DNA of 64,000 nt from an uncultured bacterium (GTDB taxonomy: Bacteria > Patescibacteriota > Minisyncoccia > UBA6257 > GWB1-50-10), in assembly GCA_963713955.1 (NCBI GenBank), contig OY970216.1:296850-360849 (forward strand), written 5' to 3'. Below the pieces are notes generated by a model that did no database searches, had not been told where the DNA came from, and saw only the letters and a list, made by a program, of their open reading frames with translations. Position 1 is the stretch's first letter, and each line of letters starts with the position of its first letter. A program made the translations under genes and the position numbers. Shown here one piece after another: positions 43,923-53,694 of this stretch.

Positions 43923-45473
43923 ATGAAGTTCTATTTATCATCTTACAGGCTTGGAGAAAAAACCGAAGAATTAAAAAAGCTGGTTCCTGCCGGAAGAATC
44001 GGTTATATCCCCAATGCTCTCGACTCTTCCGGGGTGGACCCGGGGCGGAGAAGGAAGCACATTGAAGAAGATATTAATTCGTTGCGTGAGCTCGGGCTCA
44101 AAGTTGAGTTGATTGACCTGCGCGACTACTTTGATAAACACAATGATTTAAAGAGCAAGCTTAAGGAACTTGGTGCGGTTTTTGTGAGTGGGGGCAATGT
44201 TTTTGTTCTGCGCCAAGCGATGAGATTGAGCCATCTTGACGAGATTCTAAAAGAACTGCGAGAGAAAAATAATTTTCTCTATGCAGGTTACAGTGCCGCT
44301 GGATGCGTTCTCGCGCCGAACCTCAAAGCATATGAGATTGTGGACACAGTACAAACCCCATACAAGGAGCTGAAAGAAGCCATTTGGGATGGATTGGGAT
44401 TTATTGACTTCGCTTTTATGCCGCACTGGAATTCCGATCATCCGGAATCCGCAGACATTGAGAGAGAGATTGAGTATTGTAAAGAGAACAACATCCCCTA
44501 TAAAGCGATTAGGGATGGGGAGGTTATAATTATGGAAAATAAGACAAAACCAATTCTTATAACCTGTTATGTGAACCCCGACCTTGATGGCGTCGCCAGC
44601 GCAATCGCCTACGGCGAATTTTTGCAGAAAACGGGCAAGAACGCCGTCGTCAGGATCATCGGTGAACCGCACGACGAAGCGAAGTATGTTTTAAACCGCT
44701 TTGGCTTCGCGTATCCCCAAACGATATCTAACGCGGACGATTTCGACGAAGTAATACTCGTGGACACGAGCAACCCCAACGGACTCGAAGGTAAGATTGC
44801 TCCCGAGAAAGTCATCGAGATCATTGATCATCGCAAAGTTCATGATGCAGGTGAATTTCCGAACGCCAAGGTGCAGATCGAGCTCATCGGGGCGGCCGCT
44901 ACGCTTATCGCGGAAAAATTCATGCGGAACAACATTGCCATCTCGAAAGAGTCCGCGACACTCGTTTATGGGGCGATAATTTCAAATACTCTCAACTTCA
45001 AGAGTGGCGTCACCACCGACCGCGACAGGGAAGCGGCCGCGTGGCTCAATAAGGTTGCGGGATTGCCCGAAGATTTCTGGAGAGATCTGTTTACTGCGAA
45101 ATCCGACTTATCCGGTGGGAAGCTTGCTGAGCGAATCGAGAGCGATTTCGCGTGGTTCGTGATGGGCGGAAAGAAAGTCGGCGTCGCCCAAATCGAAATG
45201 ATCGGCGCGAAGGAGCTGCTCGATGAGCGAAGCGGCGAAGTAGTTCAAATCCTCGACAGAATTAAGAAAGACATGAACCTGGATCACATTTTCCAAAACA
45301 CGATAGAGCTGGAAAACGCAAAGAACTTTTTTGTTGCCCAAGATCTAGACACGCAAAAACTTTTGGAAAAAGTTTTGAGTGTGCGATTTGCCGGCGTCGT
45401 CGCGGAGCGGCCCGATCTCATCATGAGGAAGCAAATTGTTCCCTTGTTGAAGGAAGAGTTGGATCGGGAATAG
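43923..45473 (+). CDS. Peptidase E (S51)-like domain fused to DHH/family II pyrophosphatase-like domain
   Basis: aa 1-203: VSGGNVF.L, GYSAAG, PHW; aa 204-516: NPDLDG, VILVD, IIDHR, SNTLNFKS..TT, DHHA2-like VGVAQIE, RKQIVP. Confidence 0.8.
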   Translation: MKFYLSSYRLGEKTEELKKLVPAGRIGYIPNALDSSGVDPGRRRKHIEEDINSLRELGLKVELIDLRDYFDKHNDLKSKLKELGAVFVSGGNVFVLRQAMRLSHLDEILKELREKNNFLYAGYSAAGCVLAPNLKAYEIVDTVQTPYKELKEAIWDGLGFIDFAFMPHWNSDHPESADIEREIEYCKENNIPYKAIRDGEVIIMENKTKPILITCYVNPDLDGVASAIAYGEFLQKTGKNAVVRIIGEPHDEAKYVLNRFGFAYPQTISNADDFDEVILVDTSNPNGLEGKIAPEKVIEIIDHRKVHDAGEFPNAKVQIELIGAAATLIAEKFMRNNIAISKESATLVYGAIISNTLNFKSGVTTDRDREAAAWLNKVAGLPEDFWRDLFTAKSDLSGGKLAERIESDFAWFVMGGKKVGVAQIEMIGAKELLDERSGEVVQILDRIKKDMNLDHIFQNTIELENAKNFFVAQDLDTQKLLEKVLSVRFAGVVAERPDLIMRKQIVPLLKEELDRE

Positions 45474-45531
45474 CTGCCGGTTTTCGCCGGAATGCCGGAT
45501 CCGTGGTAAACTGTAAACGTTGCCTATAATC

Positions 45532-45843
45532 ATGAAAAAATCGGACTATCTCTTGAAAAGCTTCATAAATGCCGCAGCTACATTTGTTTATGTATCCGCC
45601 GTGGCGTGGTTCGGTTTCAACAGCCAGGCGATTTTCGGTAAGCAGCAAACCTTTCTCGCTCCGCTTCTCATGCTTTTGCTCTTTGTTGTGTCGGCGTTGA
45701 TAACAGGCCTCCTGGTTTTAGGGAAGCCGATCCATTTGTACTTGAGCGGCCTCAAGAAAGAAGCGTTCGTTTTATTCTTCGCCACTTTGGTGTGGCTCGT
45801 TTTGTTTCTGCTTGTTGTTGCCGCTGTGCTCTTGCCACGGTAA
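45532..45843 (+). CDS. 3-TM hypothetical protein
   Basis: LLLFVVSA.ITG.LVLG.PI..YL.G.KKEA motif. Confidence 0.75.
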   Translation: MKKSDYLLKSFINAAATFVYVSAVAWFGFNSQAIFGKQQTFLAPLLMLLLFVVSALITGLLVLGKPIHLYLSGLKKEAFVLFFATLVWLVLFLLVVAAVLLPR

Positions 45844-45892
45844 TAATTCGGGGTTTGAAAGTTACCTCTGCCGCCGGTATAATGACTCAATA

Positions 45893-46180
45893 ATGTTAAC
45901 CAAAAAAGATTTGGAGAAATTGGCTGATCTTTCCCGGATGAAGCTGAAGGAAGGGGAAGAGGATAAGTTACTGCATGACTTGGGCGGCATCTTGGATCAT
46001 TTCGAGGAACTGAAGGAATTGAATACCGACGAGGTTCTGCCGATGAACGGCGGGACGTTGTCGTCGAACGTCTGGAGAGATGACGAGCCGACGAACGCGC
46101 TGGACGGGAAAGCCGCCAGGGAAGAATTCCCGGAAACGAAAGACGGATACTTGAAGGTTCCACCGGTCTTTGAGGAGTAA
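45893..46180 (+). CDS. gatC: Asp/Glu-tRNA amidotransferase subunit C
   Basis: LA.LSRM, IL.HFEEL.ELNTD.V.P, WRDD, DGYLKVP.VFE; upstream of gatA. Confidence 0.9.
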   Translation: MLTKKDLEKLADLSRMKLKEGEEDKLLHDLGGILDHFEELKELNTDEVLPMNGGTLSSNVWRDDEPTNALDGKAAREEFPETKDGYLKVPPVFEE

Positions 46181-46211
46181 TCGCGAATATACGTTTTACC
46201 AAATAACGCGA

Positions 46212-47654
46212 ATGGACTTAAACGAACTGACCATAAAAGAATTCCATAAGGGGCTTGAGGGAAAAAAGTTTTCCGCGAGGGAAGTGACGGCAGCATTTTT
46301 GAAGGCCATAAAAGAGAAAGACGGTGAATTGAATGCCTACCTGTCTGTTTTTGAGAGTCAAGCTCTTGAAGCAGCCGCGGCCGTGGATAAAAAAATCGCT
46401 TCGGGCGGGGTGGTTCCGGCCTTGGCCGGCGTGCCATTGGCCGTGAAGGATAACATGCTTATTGAAGGCACGAAAACCACCGCCGCTTCCAAGATACTGG
46501 AAAATTACGTGGCTTCATACGATGCGACCGTGATAGGAAAACTCAAGAAGGAGGACGCCGTGTTTTTGGGAAAGACAAATTTGGACGAGTTCGCCATGGG
46601 ATCCTCGACGGAATATTCCGCTTTCAAGAAAACCAAAAATCCCCATGACCTGACGAGAGTCCCGGGTGGATCTTCCGGCGGTTCGGCCGCGGCAGTCGCG
46701 GCTACTATGGCGATGGCAGCCTTGGGGAGCGATACGAGCGGTTCCATATGTCTTCCGGCCGCGTTCTGCGGCGTTGTGGGACTTCGCCCATCGTACGGCT
46801 CGGTATCGCGCTCCGGACTCATAGCCATGGCTTCAAGCCTTGACCAGATAGGTCCGATAACCAAGACAGTGGAGGACGCGGAAATTTTATTCAGGAGCAT
46901 CGCGGGAAGAGACGATCTGGATTCCACAAGCATCGACTATTCTTACGAAGAAGTGAAAGATTTGGAGAACGTCAAAAAGTTGAGAGTGGGTTTACCGAAG
47001 GAATTCTTCGTATCGGGTCTCAGCAAGGAAATCGAGGAGGGCATCGAGTCCGCCATTCAAAAGCTCAAAAAGCTTGGGTTGGAATTCAAGGAAGTGAACC
47101 TTCCCCATGCGAAATACGCCTTGTCTTGTTATTACATCATTATGCCCGCGGAAGTGAGTTCAAACCTCGCCCGTTTCGAAGGAGTGCGGTACCCGGGAAT
47201 ACCCGAGGTGAGAAAAGAAGCGGAGAGTTTGAGTGATCTTTATCTCAGAACACGGGGTGTCGGATTCGGACTCGAACCGAGGCGGCGCGTTTTGCTCGGG
47301 ACGTTCGTCTTGTCGGCCGGCTACTATGACGCATATTACGCCAAAGCCCAGAAAGTAAGACGCTTGATCAAAAACGATTTTGACGATGCATTCAATGACG
47401 TTGATGTAATCATGGCGCCGGTTACGCCGACGCCGGCATTCAAATTAGGAGAAAAAGTTTCGGATCCGCTGATGATGTATCTGTCAGATATTTTTACGAC
47501 ACAGACAAACCTCGCCGGAGTTCCGGCTCTATCACTCCCGGTTAAGAAATACGAACTCGGTGGGGGAGAATTGCCCGTAGGGTTCCAGCTGATCGGAAAA
47601 CGTTTCGAGGAAAACAAAATTCTCGCGCTCGGCAAACTTTACGAGAAAAGCTGA
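46212..47654 (+). CDS. gatA: Asp/Glu-tRNA amidotransferase subunit A
   Basis: VKDN, GKTNLDEFAMGSSTE, PGGSSGGSAAAV, LGSDT.GSI, ARFEGVRY, YDAYY.KAQKVR. Confidence 0.96.
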   Translation: MDLNELTIKEFHKGLEGKKFSAREVTAAFLKAIKEKDGELNAYLSVFESQALEAAAAVDKKIASGGVVPALAGVPLAVKDNMLIEGTKTTAASKILENYVASYDATVIGKLKKEDAVFLGKTNLDEFAMGSSTEYSAFKKTKNPHDLTRVPGGSSGGSAAAVAATMAMAALGSDTSGSICLPAAFCGVVGLRPSYGSVSRSGLIAMASSLDQIGPITKTVEDAEILFRSIAGRDDLDSTSIDYSYEEVKDLENVKKLRVGLPKEFFVSGLSKEIEEGIESAIQKLKKLGLEFKEVNLPHAKYALSCYYIIMPAEVSSNLARFEGVRYPGIPEVRKEAESLSDLYLRTRGVGFGLEPRRRVLLGTFVLSAGYYDAYYAKAQKVRRLIKNDFDDAFNDVDVIMAPVTPTPAFKLGEKVSDPLMMYLSDIFTTQTNLAGVPALSLPVKKYELGGGELPVGFQLIGKRFEENKILALGKLYEKS

Positions 47655-48319
47655 TTAGCCTTTTCGAGATCTTCAGGAGTTCCCACCGGGAACCATAATT
47701 TTGCGAATACAGCTTTAACTTTGTAATCTTTTATCATTTTCGAAAGTGCGTAGGAAAGATACTTCTCTTTCCCTTCCGGCACCCCGGGCTCATAATCGAA
47801 AATCTCGCCGTTCAAAAGGAGACCATTTGCAAGAACAATGTTCGACAGCGGGTTTTCCGGCTTCTCGATGATTTCTTTTATGTTACCGTCGGGGTCCAGC
47901 GTGACAACGCCGAATTTTTGCGGTTCGTTCGACGTCGAAACGGCAGCGGCAAGATCGTACTTTACCATCTCGCGGAGCGTCGCGGGGTCTATGAGATCGT
48001 CTGAATAGAAGACGAAGAATTTTTCCTCTCCTTCAAGTTTTTTCCGGCAGAGCTTCAAGGCTTCCATGGTTCCGGAAGCGGGATTTTCCTGAAAGACGTA
48101 GTTTACCCTTTTTCCCGTGAATTCACCTCCCAGGAAGCTTTTTATTTGATCGCCTTTGTATCCGATAACGACGATTATCTCCGTGACCTCGGGAGGGAAA
48201 GCGGATATGATGCGTTCGATGAGCGGCCTGCCGGCTATTTTAAGAAGCGGTTTGGGAATTTCGTTTGTGAGAGGCCGCATCCGGGTTCCCAAGCCGGCGG
48301 CCAAAATAACTGCTTTCAT
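47639..48319 (-). CDS. Sugar-phosphate nucleotidyltransferase family protein
   Basis: MKAVILAAGLGTRMRPLT..IPKPL, IIEKP; start ATG 48319. Confidence 0.9.
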   Translation of the reverse strand: MKAVILAAGLGTRMRPLTNEIPKPLLKIAGRPLIERIISAFPPEVTEIIVVIGYKGDQIKSFLGGEFTGKRVNYVFQENPASGTMEALKLCRKKLEGEEKFFVFYSDDLIDPATLREMVKYDLAAAVSTSNEPQKFGVVTLDPDGNIKEIIEKPENPLSNIVLANGLLLNGEIFDYEPGVPEGKEKYLSYALSKMIKDYKVKAVFAKLWFPVGTPEDLEKANQLFS

Positions 48320-48331
48320 GAATGTCTTCTG

Positions 48332-48406
48332 CGGGGTGGACGGGATTTGAACCCGCAACCTATTCCGTGACAGGGAATCGTGCAAACCAGGTTACACCAC
48401 CACCCC
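48332..48406 (-). tRNA. tRNA-Asp(GTC)
   Basis: GGGGTGG/CCACCCC acceptor, G73, ATTCC-CT-GTC-AC-GGAAT, GCGGG-TTCAAAT-CCCGT. Confidence 0.92.
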
Positions 48407-48451
48407 ACGCTCCATAAGATTAATTTATATTGAAGTATTTTTCAAATACGG

Positions 48452-50206
48452 CTACACAACTTCCGCTTGATAGCACTGATCGCAATATATCCTTAGTTTT
48501 CTTCCTGGGTTGTACGCTGTCTGAATCTTTTTGGAACATCTCAAACAGGTAGAATCCACGAGTTTATATGGGTTCCTTTTCTTGAATCTGTCCATGAGGC
48601 GCACCTGCGGGTGCAGCCTGGGAATCGGGATTGAATGTTTCCGGTAGAACTCCAATTCTGATTTTATGATTCTGAACGGCTTTTTAGACTCCTCGCATAT
48701 GATAGCAAAGTTCAGAATATCGTCTGAAGCGTCTTTGATGTTCGTGGGCGTCTTGTCAAGTACTTTGAGATCCATCGACTCTATTCTGAGGTTCTCCGGT
48801 TTCAGATTGACGTCCATTTCTCTCTGTTCTTCCGGACTCAGGGGCGAAATGGCTTGAGCATAGGTGTCCTCGTAGTAGAAAAATGAATCATGGAGCGGAA
48901 GGAACTCTCCATATACGCCGTCCGAAACCATGCGGGTTTTAATCGTGTCCACTAAGCGCCAGTATTCGTCTTCGGAATACTGCTTGTTTAAGATGCAATA
49001 CTTCTTCTTTTTCAATCCCGAGCATCCGAAGCAGTAACGGCAATCGGAGCACTCAAAGGAGTATTCGACCTCTGTGCAGTCGTTAACGAAGTAAGACGAG
49101 ATCACTTTGTTCACCGATAACCCTTCGATGGTGTTGTAACATTGTTCGCCCGGCCCGAATATAGTCACATCCATACAATCTTCCGCGCCGATGAAATCCT
49201 GGCTGTATCGGACGTTCTCGTTTTTGTAGAAGGTCAAAACCCACTTGGCGCTCATGCCATGAAAGGACTGGAAACAATTTTTGCAGTCCCTCAGATGGTC
49301 GCCCGTCGAATTGGGAGAACTGATGGTGAGCGTCGCCCTGAAGATAGCGTTCGTATCCATGAAGCTGCTGAACTTCTTCCGGAACTCTTCAGAGACCGCG
49401 CTGTCTCCCAAGTCTATGCGAAAAATTCTCTCTTTGTAATCTGCTTCTGAAAGCTGTTCGTTGAGATAACAGAACTTCTTATTGCGCAGGTTGACGCATC
49501 CGAAACAATCCTGGCAGTTATGGCAGTCGAATAGAAATGCCGAATTGGAGCAGTTACTGGAATTTTGGATGTACTTCGAATTATAGATATGATCCGAATC
49601 TATGATTTCATAGGAATACTGAACGTGATCGGCGCCGAGGAGATCGATTGAATCTTGGGAATAAAGAACCCAGAGGCCATAGGAGATGTTTTCGGCTATG
49701 CCGATCGTGGACGAGAGATAGCAGTTCTTTATGCTGAGGCTATCGACCGTGTATTCGCTATTCACAACGTCCTTGTTGTATCTCGCCAATGCTCTGTGAG
49801 GAACGTCTTGTATTAACTTGAGGAGCTGATCTTGGAACTTTCCGTTGGGGTCGTAGTCACGACCGAAAGACATCGGGTCCCATTGGGCAGGATTCCACCA
49901 ATATTGATTGTCGTAGATTTTGTATTTGTTCTCCTCGCTTATTTGGGATACGACTCTTTCCTCGGGGTGAGCCGAGCACCCTTTTTTGTAAAACTGAAAG
50001 ATATTGGCCATCATAGCCATCCGCTTTCTCATCCGGCAATCGGGGCATTCTCGGGGCGGCAATATATTCAGTTTTTCTACAAACCTAATATCTTCTTCGG
50101 ACAATTCGAACTCCTCGTTAGAGTTTGAGCATCTCCTTTTACCCGGGGTGGTCGTTTTCCAAACCTCTCGCAACACTTCATCGAACTTCGGTGTCTTTGA
50201 ATCCAT
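48452..50206 (-). CDS. Cys-rich repeat protein of a family common in Parcubacteria
   Basis: PRECPDCR, WDP..FGRDYD, repeated C..CFGC..L..K..C.LN.Q.S, PF.II..EL.FYRKH..P.PR, YC..CY. Confidence 0.75.
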   Translation of the reverse strand: MDSKTPKFDEVLREVWKTTTPGKRRCSNSNEEFELSEEDIRFVEKLNILPPRECPDCRMRKRMAMMANIFQFYKKGCSAHPEERVVSQISEENKYKIYDNQYWWNPAQWDPMSFGRDYDPNGKFQDQLLKLIQDVPHRALARYNKDVVNSEYTVDSLSIKNCYLSSTIGIAENISYGLWVLYSQDSIDLLGADHVQYSYEIIDSDHIYNSKYIQNSSNCSNSAFLFDCHNCQDCFGCVNLRNKKFCYLNEQLSEADYKERIFRIDLGDSAVSEEFRKKFSSFMDTNAIFRATLTISSPNSTGDHLRDCKNCFQSFHGMSAKWVLTFYKNENVRYSQDFIGAEDCMDVTIFGPGEQCYNTIEGLSVNKVISSYFVNDCTEVEYSFECSDCRYCFGCSGLKKKKYCILNKQYSEDEYWRLVDTIKTRMVSDGVYGEFLPLHDSFFYYEDTYAQAISPLSPEEQREMDVNLKPENLRIESMDLKVLDKTPTNIKDASDDILNFAIICEESKKPFRIIKSELEFYRKHSIPIPRLHPQVRLMDRFKKRNPYKLVDSTCLRCSKKIQTAYNPGRKLRIYCDQCYQAEVV

Positions 50207-50258
50207 ACCTATAATCTTATCATCTGGTGGATGCTTTTAAAGCTGCATAACATCGCCA

Positions 50259-50277
50259 AAACACCCACCCTGTAAGG
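50259..50277. repeat. Partial copy of the AAACACCCACCTTGTAAGG terminator module
   Basis: 18/19 match to 52006-52024. Confidence 0.65.
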
Positions 50278-50290
50278 AATTCGAGCACCC

Positions 50291-50605
50291 CTAACTTGAG
50301 TTAGTCTGGTTTTGGCTCGTTGTTACACTGAACCTCGTTATCCAAACAAAAAGCAACCCCACCACAAAAAGAATCGCTCCCGGAGCGGCATCGGAAATAT
50401 TTATTCCTAAGAGAGTCGTTGTCCAGTTCGCTAGTGGTCCGGTTATTCCGTGCAAGAAGAGAATTATCCCTCCGATCACGCAAGCAAGCCCCAAGATAAG
50501 ACCAGCTATCGAGTATATGAACTGGAATTTGACGGCCTTTCTCCAAAGTTCCCTGTCTTCGGGATTTTGGGGAGGAGTTACTTCCAAAGTTTTGAATATT
50601 CTCAT
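50291..50605 (-). CDS. Small 2-TM hypothetical protein
   Basis: Hydrophobic helices; AAPG..LF..G motif. Confidence 0.7.
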   Translation of the reverse strand: MRIFKTLEVTPPQNPEDRELWRKAVKFQFIYSIAGLILGLACVIGGIILFLHGITGPLANWTTTLLGINISDAAPGAILFVVGLLFVWITRFSVTTSQNQTNSS

Positions 50606-50663
50606 GCTGTAATCATAAAGACCGATCGGCCTTTTCTGTTAAAGGATTTCTAGTTGATACGCT

Positions 50664-51047
50664 CTACACAAATCCTTTGTAAAGCAAGATCAAGCCTAGG
50701 ACAAAAGCGACGATTCCACCGAAGATAAGTATGCCGTCCCTGTTCGCCCACTTGTATACCGAAACGGCAGAATTCGGGAAGAGGAGGAGGAAAGCCCCCT
50801 TGATCAAGGTCAGCCAGCCCAGAATCGTAATGAGCAATGCCAACAAGCCAGAAGCCCAGATATTGTTCAGTACAACGAGCACAGCACCCATGGACAAGAT
50901 GAGAAAACCCCACAACCATAAGAACCCTCGGTCCTGAACTGTCTTTTCAAGAGCGGCAGCTATATTCTTCCGGTCGGTAACTACCGATAGGCCCATTACT
51001 GCGAGAAGAATCCCCAAGAATTGGGCAATAGCGATGGAGGTGTTCAT
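50664..51047 (-). CDS. 4-TM hypothetical membrane protein
   Basis: NNIW....LITILGW..LIKG..LL.FP; TGcTATAAT promoter at 51093-51085. Confidence 0.75.
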   Translation of the reverse strand: MNTSIAIAQFLGILLAVMGLSVVTDRKNIAAALEKTVQDRGFLWLWGFLILSMGAVLVVLNNIWASGLLALLITILGWLTLIKGAFLLLFPNSAVSVYKWANRDGILIFGGIVAFVLGLILLYKGFV

Positions 51048-51120
51048 TTATTTATGTTGATGATATAAGACCGACCTTTTGATTATTATAGCACTCTTAT
51101 GGGACTATTTTTCTTCTTCC

Positions 51121-51177
51121 TGTTCGAACGTGTGGACTTACTCAACTTCAGCCATTCCATGAGTTTGTGCAATCATT
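51121..51177. repeat. att-arm-like repeat
   Basis: 47/57 identical to 52080-52136. Confidence 0.8.
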
Positions 51178-51183
51178 CAGGAA

Positions 51184-51972
51184 TTAATTTTCGTCGTCGA
51201 TGAACAACTCATAATACGAAAGCATGATAGGGGTTCCCCAAACGATCCAGAAAGTAAATTCCTCAAAAGGGAATGTCAATCCGAAAAGCTGGATTGTCCC
51301 TATGTATTGTCCCGGGAAGCGCCATTGGTTCAGTTTAAGAGCCGTGAGTTCGAAGCTCAAGAACAAAAAAATGTTGAAAACATCTGCTTTCAGTAACTTT
51401 CCGACCATATGGGGGTCTTTGAAGATGACATAAAAGAATGGCAATGCTCCCATAAAACCTATTGCAAGGTATGCATAGTGCCATTGGAGAAGCGAAGGGG
51501 CCGTGAGAAAAATACCCACGACAAGTACAAAAAGTATCAGGGCAAAAATAGCCGCTTTCTTGAAACGCTTCGACATTTTCTCCGATCGCTCGTGTTCGAA
51601 AAAGTGTTCGTAGTAGATAATAGTGAACGATATCCAGAATACATACCAGATAAGCACATCAATGGGCACAAGACCGAATATCTTATTTGGGAAAACAAGT
51701 TGATTTTGCGGTGCCCATGACCACGCTTTATTGAATTCTGCCAAGAGGTCCACAATGAATAGGGTAATAACCCCCGTCGCCAGCGTCGCACCGAGACGTT
51801 TCAATTGTTTTGGCTTGCGGATAAAGAGGTAGAAAGCGGGAATCGCGAAGAAAACGATTGTAGAAGTCAAAAATATTGCCTTGAAATAGAGGATAAGAGG
51901 TATGGAGAAAAGTACCCACCCGACGATGACTAGGAAGTCAACCCGTACCTTATTTTTGAAAATCGCATCCAT
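51184..51972 (-). CDS. Polytopic membrane protein with two lycopene-cyclase-like repeats
   Basis: W.W.....FG.VPIDV..W and W.FPG.YIG...FG..FPFEEF.FW; GAGGAG SD before ATG 51972; function uncertain. Confidence 0.6.
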   Translation of the reverse strand: MDAIFKNKVRVDFLVIVGWVLFSIPLILYFKAIFLTSTIVFFAIPAFYLFIRKPKQLKRLGATLATGVITLFIVDLLAEFNKAWSWAPQNQLVFPNKIFGLVPIDVLIWYVFWISFTIIYYEHFFEHERSEKMSKRFKKAAIFALILFVLVVGIFLTAPSLLQWHYAYLAIGFMGALPFFYVIFKDPHMVGKLLKADVFNIFLFLSFELTALKLNQWRFPGQYIGTIQLFGLTFPFEEFTFWIVWGTPIMLSYYELFIDDEN

Positions 51973-52005
51973 TTTTTGCTCCTCTGATACTCTTATTATA
52001 CAAAC

Positions 52006-52136
52006 AAACACCCACCTTGTAAGGTGGGTGTTTTTCCTAAGTAAGCAACAGTAAGCAACTTGTTGCGAAGCCTGAACGCTGTTCGAACTTGCGGACTTGC
52101 TCAACTTCTGCCGTTCAGTGAACTTGTGAAATCATT
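52006..52136 (-). repeat. att-like module: arm + 13-bp tRNA-fMet 3'-end core + terminator
   Basis: GCAACTTGTTGCG 52055-52067 = 54186-54198; hairpin AAACACCCACCTT-GT-AAGGTGGGTGTTT 52006-52033. Confidence 0.75.
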
Positions 52137-52224
52137 TTTGTAGAAAGGGGATTAGGAAGAAAGAGAGGAAAAAATGACGGAAGGGACAAAAAAACAAAAG
52201 CCGCCCCAATGGCGGTTTTGTTTT

Positions 52225-52551
52225 TTACTCCACTAATCTTATTTCCCGGTCGAATACGCTCGCTATCTTATGGAGCGTCGCGATGGAGAAATTGTGGGTG
52301 CCGGATTCGATCCTCGCGATGACCGATCTCGGCATCTCGGCCTTCTCCGCGACTTCTCCCTGGGTCATGTGCCGCTTCTCCCGGAGAGTCCTGATCTCAT
52401 GTGCCAGCTTGATCCGGCTCATTTCCTCGGTAAAGGCCTTCCTAAATTCAGGATTCTTCTTCCTCTCCATGATTACTGCTGAGAGAGGAGTGAATTTAAC
52501 AACTTCTTTATTTTTTCTAAGTCCAAAATCTTTCATCTTTTCTATTTTCAT
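52225..52551 (-). CDS. XRE-family HTH antitoxin (HigA-like)
   Basis: LREKRHMTQGEVAEKAEMPRSVIARIESG.HNFSIATL.KIA; downstream of a RelE-like toxin. Confidence 0.85.
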   Translation of the reverse strand: MKIEKMKDFGLRKNKEVVKFTPLSAVIMERKKNPEFRKAFTEEMSRIKLAHEIRTLREKRHMTQGEVAEKAEMPRSVIARIESGTHNFSIATLHKIASVFDREIRLVE

Positions 52552-52571
52552 TGTAATCTTAATTTTCTTAT

Positions 52572-52874
52572 TTACTTCTTGATGTTTGTTACCATCCGAT
52601 ATACCTCTTCCGCCCGTTCTATGACCCTTTTGGGCGTCTTCCGGCTTTTCTTTCGGAATGCATCCACGGCATAGATGATGCCCTTCTGTTGGAAATACAC
52701 TATCCGGTACTGGCCGACCGTGAGTTCCATAATCTTGCCCTTGAGGGGCTTGATGTCGAGTTCCTCAGTCAGGCCATTCTCAAGAGACTCGAGGTGGGCG
52801 AGTATTTTCGCAACATCTTTAGTGGAAAGACCTTCCAGGTATTCGGTGACGTCACCGAGCTGCAGTAGCTTCAT
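52572..52874 (-). CDS. RelE/ParE-superfamily toxin (HigB/Gp49-like)
   Basis: KPLKGKIMEL...QYRIVYF......AF.KKSRKTP...IE.A. Confidence 0.85.
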   Translation of the reverse strand: MKLLQLGDVTEYLEGLSTKDVAKILAHLESLENGLTEELDIKPLKGKIMELTVGQYRIVYFQQKGIIYAVDAFRKKSRKTPKRVIERAEEVYRMVTNIKK

Positions 52875-52910
52875 TAGGTTGTCTAGGTGCAAGAATCGAC
52901 CTTTGATGCT

Positions 52911-52938
52911 AGTGTAGCATATATGCTATAGGTGTCAA
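52911..52938 (-). promoter_or_regulatory. TA promoter with palindromic operator
   Basis: TTGACA-N16-TACACT; perfect palindrome TAGCATATATGCTA (52915-52928) in the spacer. Confidence 0.75.
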
Positions 52939-53108
52939 GAGCGTATCTTCCAGATTTTTTACCCCCTTGCTATCTTTTCGTATATACCCCCTCTCCCTCA
53001 TCGGGGAGAGTAAACTTAACCAGGGCTTCTCTGCGAGAGAGTTGCTGGAAACCGACGATGCATGTTATCCTGATTCAAAAGGCCGGTAAATAAGAAAATG
53101 CTAATAAA

Positions 53109-53627
53109 ATGGGAGGCTTTGAAGAAGTGGGTTCACAAAAATTAGAGCAGGACAAGTTTGCGTCTTTCCGAGAGCGAGCTAAAGATGTCGCTACTGTCGG
53201 AGAGGGATTAATGAATATAGATGCTGCTCACGAAGGGACATTTGCGGATCAAAGACGATTGGAGCAGCTAGCCACAACCCATGAAGAAGAAAGCAGACAA
53301 CTTAACCGGACGGGAGGGCAGCAAAGATCTTTCGCCGAAAGTGCTGAAAGATTGCGTGAGGCGGCTCGAAACAACAAGGAGTGGATAGAGGCTAGATTAA
53401 ATATCCTTTCCACTGAGGAAAGGCAGAGTTACTTGGCAAAAGAGCAGGATCTCGTCGCCCGTTTTGAGGCAACGCAAAAGAACTTAGACAATTACAAGCC
53501 GAGCGATGAACCGGAGCTTATTCGAAATATGCCGGTTCGAAAAAAATTAGAGATCGAGTTCAACGCCGCCAAAGAAGCACTCCGAATACACGAGGCGAGT
53601 TTGATTGAACTGAGTCAGGGGATTTAA
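53109..53627 (+). CDS. Coiled-coil hypothetical protein
   Basis: 172-aa charged helical ORF with TGtTATCCT promoter upstream. Confidence 0.7.
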   Translation: MGGFEEVGSQKLEQDKFASFRERAKDVATVGEGLMNIDAAHEGTFADQRRLEQLATTHEEESRQLNRTGGQQRSFAESAERLREAARNNKEWIEARLNILSTEERQSYLAKEQDLVARFEATQKNLDNYKPSDEPELIRNMPVRKKLEIEFNAAKEALRIHEASLIELSQGI

Positions 53628-53694
53628 TCTTATCCTCACGATTCTGGATGCTTTGAAGACAGCTGAATATACTGGCAACTTCCCAGAAAACAAG

